A stretch of 64,000 nucleotides of DNA from Bryobacterales bacterium (GTDB lineage Bacteria > Acidobacteriota > Terriglobia > Bryobacterales > Bryobacteraceae): the NCBI GenBank assembly GCA_963764105.1, contig CAVXRP010000011.1, forward strand, positions 70,851 through 134,850, written 5' to 3'. Positions 56,621-64,000 of the stretch are shown here, in pieces. Every line of letters starts with the position of its first letter. Positions within the stretch are counted from its first letter, which is position 1. Below the pieces are notes generated by a model. The model was not told where the DNA came from. It did no database searches and was given only the letters and a program-made list of their open reading frames with translations. A program made the position numbers and the translations under genes.

Positions 56621-58138
56621 GAATTGAGTGTCCTCTTCTGGAGCTCTCATCTTCGTGGCAAATAATTGCACTCCCTCGTCGATGGGTGACTCTCCATCGA
56701 AATCAGCAAGCCAGGTTATCAGAGGAGCCAAGAGTTCACTTTGCACATGTTTTAGACGAAAACCCGATCCAGAGTCGCCCGAATAAACATAGCGGTTCAA
56801 GAGCCACCATTCATACGCATGGGCGAGACATTGGCAGACCGTTTCGGCGTGAGCCTCAAAACCTGCCGAAGAAACGGCTTCACATTCTTGAAGTATGGAG
56901 GTTCGGACTTTGACGTAGGCGGCAAGAATTTTGAGATAACAAGCAGGCCCCCCGGGAAGATGAGCCGCCACGACTGATTGCAAGGTTGATTGGATGAGTC
57001 GCTCGGGCAAATTGTCGGGAATATCCTGGAGCCCGCGCCGGAGACAATCCCAAGCCGGAATAAGTAACTCCGGATCCCCACCCAGAAACTTGGCCAGATC
57101 ACGCAAAACTTCGTCGTCGCTGCGCTCAAGGTAGGTCCAATCTTGCGCAGCTCTGCCGAAGAAATAGAGATTGGGCAAAGCTGTGATCGGCTGCTGGGCG
57201 TTGCCCATAATTCCTCGCGCCCGTGCTATCAATTCCTTTTCTTGACGGAACACCCGCCGGATATGATCAAATTGGATGGTTATACCTGGCGGAGTCGGCT
57301 CGAATTCAATCAGTTCATAGGTGAGGAGGACTGATTGTGAAATCAAGCCAGCTTCCTCGGCCAAGGCGAAGTTGGTTCGTCCGTTGGCCCAATCATCCCG
57401 GTGACTGCGTCCGGGCATTAACTCCCATGGCTCGCGCATGACGCGTTTGATTTCCTCAAGCAAGGGACGATTTAAAAGCTCGATCGGCTCGTTCCACAAA
57501 CCGTTTTTCTCCCAATCCGCGCCCCAACCGCTCCAGAGCCAAGGTATAATTTTCTGCGTAGAGGGATGAGTACCGTGCCGATCTATATTGGCCCGATCGG
57601 CTAGAAGAACATCAACGAAAGCTTGAGGCTTGGCGTCAGGATAGCTGCCCGGGTCTCCATCGATGGTTACATAGGCGTCGGCATTATTGAGAATTTTCTG
57701 CATTTCACTGCGATGGGCCAAATAAGCATCGCGAGCCGCCGAATCATCTAAACGGACGTCAACGCGATAGGGATACAGATGTCTTTCTTCGACAGGGATG
57801 GCTGCGATTTCTGGACGAACCGTGCAATTGGGAGTTTGAGCAACCCAAACTTCGAGCCCTTTTCTCCGGGCCCGCTCAACGAGGTCGCGATAGAAAAGGA
57901 GCTGATGATGTTCCGCTTTCCCAATAGGTGCCGGTGTCGACTCAAAAGGCGGCCAGAACATGACCAAATTAAAACCGAACTCACGCAGAAACGTAAACAT
58001 CCCTTCAAAATCAGCGGCAGTCCAAGTACGGACTGCAAAAGGATAATTAAACGTCCAGCAGGCGTGGAGGTAAAAGCCGCAACGAAAAGGAGAAGAAGTT
58101 TGAGTGGAAAGGACTTGCCTTGATTTAGGCTTCATCAC
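56558..58138 (-). CDS. hypothetical protein (526 aa, possibly TIM-barrel glycosidase-like)
   Basis: Long intact ORF in a lower-GC segment between the two IS elements. No confident family; the glycosidase-like impression is weak. Confidence 0.6.
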   Translation of the reverse strand: MMKPKSRQVLSTQTSSPFRCGFYLHACWTFNYPFAVRTWTAADFEGMFTFLREFGFNLVMFWPPFESTPAPIGKAEHHQLLFYRDLVERARRKGLEVWVAQTPNCTVRPEIAAIPVEERHLYPYRVDVRLDDSAARDAYLAHRSEMQKILNNADAYVTIDGDPGSYPDAKPQAFVDVLLADRANIDRHGTHPSTQKIIPWLWSGWGADWEKNGLWNEPIELLNRPLLEEIKRVMREPWELMPGRSHRDDWANGRTNFALAEEAGLISQSVLLTYELIEFEPTPPGITIQFDHIRRVFRQEKELIARARGIMGNAQQPITALPNLYFFGRAAQDWTYLERSDDEVLRDLAKFLGGDPELLIPAWDCLRRGLQDIPDNLPERLIQSTLQSVVAAHLPGGPACYLKILAAYVKVRTSILQECEAVSSAGFEAHAETVCQCLAHAYEWWLLNRYVYSGDSGSGFRLKHVQSELLAPLITWLADFDGESPIDEGVQLFATKMRAPEEDTQFLATDLRTSLTPLRKETHVAI

Positions 58139-58311
58139 ACATGCTTAACATAGGTATGTTTTTATTCAATATTTTTTACACCAGACCGCTTTATGAATAA
58201 TCAAATCAATGTAACCATATGCACATTAAATTTATAAGATACAATTTAAAGCTGAGTAGGAAGTTGTGTTGCATTTGCTCTGTTGAAAAGCCTTTGCGCT
58301 GCGGGAGTCCA

Positions 58312-58630
58312 CTAACGATTGAGGGCGTAGGCCAGCACCTTGAAGGCGGCTTCTTTGAGAAGGTTGGTTGGTTTGCGGGCCAGCAGGGTTGAGCCGGTGG
58401 TCCGTTTAAGCCGGGATTTCCCATTTGACTCGATGTTCACGGTCTCTAAGTGGTTCTCTCGCGGCGTTTTCGGAATACTCTTGCCAAGGCTGGCCGTTGT
58501 CAAGCCTTTTCCAGATCCCAAAGGTATCAATTTGGTGACATTGGCCCGTTGTTGGACGATTTTCGCTCGCTGAGTCGGACTTCTTGGCCCAACGCAGAGA
58601 CACTTCACCCGTGTTTAACTGATTTTTCAT
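58312..58630 (-). pseudogene. possible HU/IHF-like DNA-binding protein remnant
   Basis: Minus-strand pieces in two frames (MKNQLNTGEVSLRWAKKS.., ..GKGLTTASLGKS.., ..NAAREPLRDREHRVKWEIPA, ..ARKPTNLLKEAAFKVL) loosely resemble the HU fold pattern. Very tentative. Confidence 0.25.
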
Positions 58631-58676
58631 GCGGTTTTCCATTCATCCACTGGCCGAGACGGGCAATCGCAAGCGG

Positions 58677-60009
58677 TCAATGGCTTTGAAGGATGGCTCG
58701 GAACAACTCCCGTGGAACCGCCACCTCTGCCATCTGGAAGATGACCCTGCGGGCATGAGTCACCACCTTGGCACCGATCTTGATCAGTTTCTCCCGCAAA
58801 GTCGTCAACGTCCAGTGACTCACCGAACGGGGCAACACAGCCTGCCGAAGATAGTTCCCCAGATTGTAGGCCAGAACGAACAGCAATAATCTTACCTCGT
58901 TATCGACGAAATCATGGCAGGAAAGCCGTGTCCACCTTATGGCATTCTTCCCCTCCTTGATCCACTGTTCAGCCGTCCCCCGCTGATTGTAAAAACGCAC
59001 CACTCGTTTTGCCGACCGGCTCAGATTGGTGACGATGAATCCGATGCGAGGGAACAACTCCCCCCGGTGCCATTCCACTTTGGCAATCACCCGGCGGGGA
59101 CAGTTCCAACTCTTGGCCTGATAGGCAAAGTCCCTATACCGCACCTGAGGTTTTTCAGGGGGTCTTCCCACCGGACGAACCGTAAGTGGTTCAATCATTT
59201 TGTTCAAGGTGTCATTGGCTGGAAGTCGGATGGCATACAAAAAGCCTTCCTCTTCCAGATACTCATAGATGTCTGGATTGGCAAAGGCGGCATCGCCCCG
59301 AAAGTAGCAGTCGATCTCTTGGCCGCGATAACGGGCGACAATCGGTTCGAGTACGGCCTGCCAGTCCTTGGCGCTATGCACGTTGCCTTCGCGCAGCAGC
59401 GTGCCTTCCACGTCGCCAAACTGGTTGAAGCAGAATAAAGGATGATAACAGGTGCAGGCAAAATGTCCGTTGTAGGCGCTGCCCTCCTGATCCCCGTAGG
59501 TTTCGCTCACCGAGCTGTCCATGTCCAGAACCAGCTCCTTCATCGGTCTTGTGTTGATGAAGCCGTTCATTCCACATTCCCGGCATCTTTTTCAAGGCTA
59601 TGAGATTTTCAGTTTGGGTCAGCACCTCGGTCTCAAATCGACTCATCTGGCTGGTCGAAGCCGCTTGATGTTCGCAGGCCCTGCCGCCCACCACATAACG
59701 CATGGCGGGATCAACCGAGAGACGCTCGGCGTCATTGGTGTCCTCATATCCTGCCAGACGACTGAAAACCGATTGCCTCAAAAGTGCTACCATCGAGTGC
59801 TGGGTGTTCTTGCCTGTGCGTTGATCGGTGAAGATATCGCGTGCCATCGTGGTCAGATTCAACGCCTCGTCGAGTTCTCGATAAGCGAGTAAACCCGCGT
59901 CGGATGTCACCTTCGATCCATGAAATTCCAGCTTTAACCGACCGTCAAATTCGACTCCAAGACCTTGTTTTTTGCTTTCACCCGTTGATTTCGCTAGTTT
60001 TGCAATCAT
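58677..60009 (-). pseudogene. IS1380-family transposase, one frameshift
   Basis: N-terminal part (60009-59570) [38 protein letters not shown]-terminal part (59570-58677) [43 protein letters not shown]-like end. The frame switch lies at about 59570. Element ends are tentatively 58639 and 60197 (weak CCATTC..ATCC(C)AC inverted match). Confidence 0.8.
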
Positions 60010-60462
60010 TTCATGACCTTCTATTTACTATATTCTCCTCTGAGAATCACGTTTTCTAGTATATAGATTTCATTCTCTACATCAATCACTATCTGGGAAA
60101 TATGGGTTAATATAAAGGAAGAGCTTGCGATAGATGATAGGAAGTACCTGCTAGTAGGATTCACAAACATTTATTTAGGGTGGGATGTAAGGAATGGAAT
60201 AGACGTAAATGGAATCCCAAGAGGGGTAGAGGTTATGGACGGAGCAGGCGTAAAGGTCTGGCTACAGCAGCGCTTAGGATACGTTCCTTCAAAAGATCAG
60301 CTATTAGTGGAGCGTCTACAGGACATACAAAATACTCCTCCCGGTCAGCCTATGATGCTTAAGACATTAGCTGAATTGCAGAATGAAAATCGTGCGCGAT
60401 TGCAACAGGAACAGGTACAGCAAGACATCAATAACCAGTAAGCTAGAATTTTTTTTCTCGTT

Positions 60463-60586
60463 CTCAAGTTGAACTTGGGAACGCGATTGCCGAGGCAGTT
60501 GTACTGCCGATTTGCGTGCCCGGGGAAGAATGCACGAAGTACAACTTCGCGCGGATCAAGTAACGCTCCCAAGTTCAACTTGGGGG
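60463..60586. repeat. 124-bp nested palindromic element
   Basis: CTCAAGTTGAACTTGGGAACGCG (60463-60485) pairs with CGCTCCCAAGTTCAACTTGGGG (60564-60585). Inner pair GTTGTACT / AGTACAAC (about 60498-60545). Each arm is itself palindromic. Confidence 0.65.
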
Positions 60587-60716
60587 CGAGGAGTAGTGCG
60601 ACTTGGGAGCGAGGAATGAAACGCGGGGAGCATAAGCTCTGCGGTCTTCGTCTGACGGGCGGGGAGATGGTTTTGCTTTTACTGGCGCCTGGAATGGGCA
60701 GATTCTCGGGTTCCGC

Positions 60717-62826
60717 ATGAAACCGCTCTCCCTTTCCCATCAATTCGGACGCATCGATTTGCTGGAATCGTCCGCCACTCTCTGGCGCTATCAAATCAAA
60801 GCGACCGGACGGAGCATCGCCCTCGCTCCGCCGGTTTTTGAGATCGACGGCAAGCCGATAGTGGCCAGCCTCAAAAAGATTCGGTCCGCGGGCAAACCCC
60901 GCAAGCTTGCCAACGGGGCAGTCGAGGCAGTTTTTATTGGCGACCTTGCCCAGGCCAAGGAGCTGCGGCTCCAGATGACCTTTCGCCTCGTCCCGGCCAA
61001 TCCCGTGATCCGCTTCAAGTACGAACTCCAGAGCAGCCATCCGATTGCGCTGACGAAAAAGGCGGGCCGCGACGCGGTGGACTATTTCCGCTTCTCGATG
61101 AGAGGCTTGAAGGCCCGCCGGGAAATCCGCCTCAGCGAGTTCGACGAGTCGATTCACAGCTTCCGGCTGATCGAGCGCGAGGTGCTTCCTTCCGCCTTCG
61201 CCGAGTCGCTGGGCGTGATGGGGCCGCTGCTCGTCGCCTCGGGCGAAAGGGAAAGCGTCCTGCCGCTTATGAACACGGCTCGCAGGCGCCGGACGCCTTC
61301 GTCCAGTTCCGACTGGCCCGGACCGCTCCGCGACGGTATCCGCGGTCAAGGGCAATTACTACCGCAACCGGGTCGTTGCTGCGGAGCATCCCTATGAAAC
61401 GCTCTGGTTTCAGTTCGCGGCGATCAAGGGAACGGGAAACGACCTGGCGTCCCATTACCGCACCTTTGTGCTGCGTCACCTGACGCTGAACGCGGCGAGC
61501 CGCAAGCCCTGGATTTTCTACAACACGTGGGATTACCAGGAGCGAAACAAGTGGTGGAACCAGAAGATTTCTCGACTCGATGACCGAGGAGCGGATCCTG
61601 GCCGAAATCGAGGTGGCGCACCGCATGGGCATCGACGTTTTCGTCCTCGATACCGGGTGGTACCAAAAAACCGGCGATTGGGAGGTGAATCTACAGCGGT
61701 TTTCCCCCCATCTGGCCGCGGATTAAAAAGAAGCTCGACGGCTATGGCATGAAGCTCGGCCTGTGGTTTGGCCCCACCGTTTGCGGCCGCGAGCAGCCGG
61801 ATTCTCGCGCGCCACATGGCAGACTGGGTGATGGCGGCAGGGCAAGCTGCAGGGCCCCTCGCGGGTCGTGGGAAACGGAGGAGAGCCATACGCATGTGCC
61901 TGGTCAGCCGCTACTGGCGAAGCCTTTGCCGATGAACTCATCCGACTTGTCCGGGAAATAGGCGTGACCTATTTCAAGTGGGACGCGATCGGGCAATATG
62001 GCTGCGACGATCCCCATGCGCCATGCACGGCGGCCAAGAACACTCACGCGCCAAGGAACGCGCGGACTGCTACGCCTTTGAACTCGTCCGTGACATGCCG
62101 CGGGTCGTCGACGGCTTGTGCCGGGCATGTCCCGAGGCCATCGTCGACTTCGACATTACCGAGGGCGGGCGCTGCGTCGGCCTGGCCTTCCTGGCCGCCG
62201 GAAAATACTTTCTCGATCAACAACGGCCCCTATTACCGCAACTACGATATCCCGTGACATTTTCGCCGGAGACTTGGGGTAACATCTTCGTCTATCCCGG
62301 CGCCGGCCCGCGCCTGGATCTGCCGCGCGCCGCTTGACTTCGATCAGGTGGATTCCATCGGTGCTCTTCCTCACCCACTACCTGCCCGACGATCCCGAAA
62401 GCGTCGCAGTTGATCAACATCGCCTCGCTCATCCTCGGGCAAAACGGCATCTGGGGCGACTTACCCGCCATCTCGAAAGAAGGCGTTGCCCGCTTCGGCC
62501 AGCTTCTCGGTTACTATAAGCAGGTGCGCGATGACATCACCGCAAGCGATCCCGTGCGCTGCGGCGTGACCGGCGGGAGCCCGGAGGTGCACGAGAAAAT
62601 CAACGCCAAAACCGGACGGGGCGTGATCTGCCTCTTTGCCGAAGCGGCCGGCGCCTATACCCACATCACCACCAACAAAGTCAGTAAAAAGTTTTGGACT
62701 CAGGACGGCACCAGGGTTACGCGGCTCAGGAGCGGTCAGGCTCGTCTCGACTTTGTCATCACCCACCCCTCAGCGCGGCTGGTCTTTTTTGGGGTGGATG
62801 AGAGGGCGCTTGTTTCGCCCCGTTGA
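60717..62826 (+). pseudogene. GH36-like alpha-galactosidase family protein, many frameshifts
   Basis: Family-like pieces are scattered over all three frames: WIFYNTWDYQE, MGIDVFVLDTGWYQKTGDW, GMKLGLWF, VTYFKWDAIGQYGC, AIVDFDITEG, and the C-terminal ORF 62410-62826. At least 7 frame switches. Confidence 0.6.
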
Positions 62827-62978
62827 GGCTCCTGATGGCGAGGGACGCGATTCGCACCGTCACCCACAGGTCCGTCCATTGCGTATCGCCGCTGGGGCTC
62901 CGGATGGTGCGGCGTCACGGAGATGGCGGGGTAGGACAGATGGGACGGATAGGACGAATGATGTCCTGGCGCGTCCCC

Positions 62979-63270
62979 TAGGGCCTGTTCACACTAAATC
63001 GCAGTGCCGATTGGTCAGCAGCAAGCCGGAGGCTTGCCGGAGCCGTAGCCGGTGGTTGAGCGCCCGCAGGGCGCGATACCACCGGAAAAGGCCCCAAAAC
63101 CAGAGCATCCCGGAAGGGATGCCAGCTTCTGCGACCCCTTCAGGGACGGGTTTATTTTTTGGCCACAAACCGGTGGTGGCGCCCGCTCCGCAGGCTTACC
63201 ACCGGCTACAGCTCTGTCATCCCTCCGGGATAAAGGTGGAACCCCATCATTTTAGTGTGAACAGGCCCTA
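62979..63270. mobile_element. MITE family copy B (complete, 292 bp)
   Basis: Perfect 20-bp TIRs TAGGGCCTGTTCACACTAAA (62979-62998) and TTTAGTGTGAACAGGCCCTA (63251-63270). The interior holds two inverted copies of the GTAGCCGGTGGT..ACCACCGG hairpin unit. No ORF. Confidence 0.8.
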
Positions 63271-63285
63271 AGTCCTATTCCGTTT

Positions 63286-64000
63286 TAAGCATGCGGCCGG
63301 AGAGGTTGAGGCGGCGGACGATGCTGAGGGCGGCGGAGAGATCGCTGCTGCGGCGCGAGAGCGATCTTGACCAGGCTTTCGGAGTGCTCGAAGGCGTCGG
63401 CGGCCTCGTCTTCCTGGCCGAGCTTTTGCAGCGCGACGCCGAGGTCGTACCAAGCCTTGGCGTCTTCGGGCGCGAGTTCGACTTCGCGCTGAAAATAGCC
63501 GCGCGCCTCCTCGTGTTTGCCCTGGTCGGAGGCGAGCAGGCCGAGATTGTGCCAGGCAGCGGGATTTCCGGGCGCAGTTCGGTCGCGCGCAGGTAGGCCG
63601 CGCGCGCGCCATCGGGCTTCTCGGCGCGATGCAGGGCGGTGCCGAGCGCGAGCCAGCCGGAAAAATCCTCGGGATACTTCTCGGTGATCTGGCTGAAGAG
63701 GTCGGCGGCGACTGGTGATCGCCGTCCTTGGTGTAGGCGGCGGCGATCTCCTTCACGGCGGAGGTTTCGAGCTCGTTGTCGGGATCGGCCACGCGCGCGT
63801 CCTCCAATTTTTCCAGCGCCATCTCGATTTCGCCCCGGCGCGCGGCGATCATGGCGAGATAATAGAGCACGTAGGCGAAAAGTCGGATTGCCCTCGGTCG
63901 ACGTTGAACGCCTCGACCGCCATGAACATGTTGTCGAGCTGGAAATTGACGACGCCGTACTTGAACCACGCGGAGTGAAGGCCCGGCTGGATTTTGATGG
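63286..64000 (-). pseudogene. TPR repeat protein, frameshifted, 5-prime end outside the window
   Basis: Minus-strand TPR-like segments in different frames (..YYLAMIAARRGEIEMALEKLEDARVADPDN.. and ..ELAPEDAKAWYDLGVALQKLGQEDEAADAFEHS..). Stop at 63286-63288. Confidence 0.55.

Noticed and set aside
1-64000. tRNA, rRNA, tmRNA or riboswitch candidates in intergenic regions (8111-8427, 22030-22191, 45150-45198, 53290-53663, 58139-58311, 60010-60716).
   Set aside because: I could not trace any cloverleaf with a proper acceptor stem and T-loop (GTTCRANYC), or any conserved riboswitch core. A covariance-model scan would be needed for certainty.

Overview
The 64-kb window consists of two compositionally different blocks. 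All homology calls below come from motif recognition by eye, not database searches. I recognised no rRNA, tRNA or CRISPR array.

Block 1 (about 1-45.5 kb) has moderate GC and mostly long intact ORFs. Its gene content looks Acidobacteriota-like (an ECF sigma / Ser-Thr kinase pair, PEP-CTERM proteins); this is inference only. It carries:
- Housekeeping and catabolic genes: ribA, hpt, M16 and S9 peptidases, the pnt transhydrogenase operon, alcohol and aldehyde dehydrogenases, and a thiolase plus FadB-like pair.
- A cluster of three decayed toxin-antitoxin modules.
- The main item: a compact five-gene type III-A-derived CRISPR effector operon at 16.6-22.0 kb. It encodes a miniaturised 492-aa Cas10 without HD domain or Zn finger, a Csm2 with an RGG-rich head, Csm3, a Csm4 with a Pro/Glu-rich repeat tail, and Csm5. 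An ExeA-like AAA ATPase follows.
- The window contains no CRISPR array, cas6, cas1/cas2 or CARF/SAVED effector. The cas block is bounded downstream by a group II intron RT remnant and an aldehyde dehydrogenase gene that appears 5-prime truncated.

Block 2 (46.2-64 kb) has high GC, follows a roughly 290-bp AT-rich spacer, and looks accessory. It contains:
- IS4 and IS1380 elements.
- A MITE family with 20-bp terminal inverted repeats, one copy of which carries a nested MITE with a 6-bp target duplication.
- Clusters of nested hairpin repeats.
- Many genes broken by frameshifts, single-base homopolymer indels wherever I could localise them (DUF2252, ABC ATPase, GNAT, URO-D-like, GH36-like, TPR).
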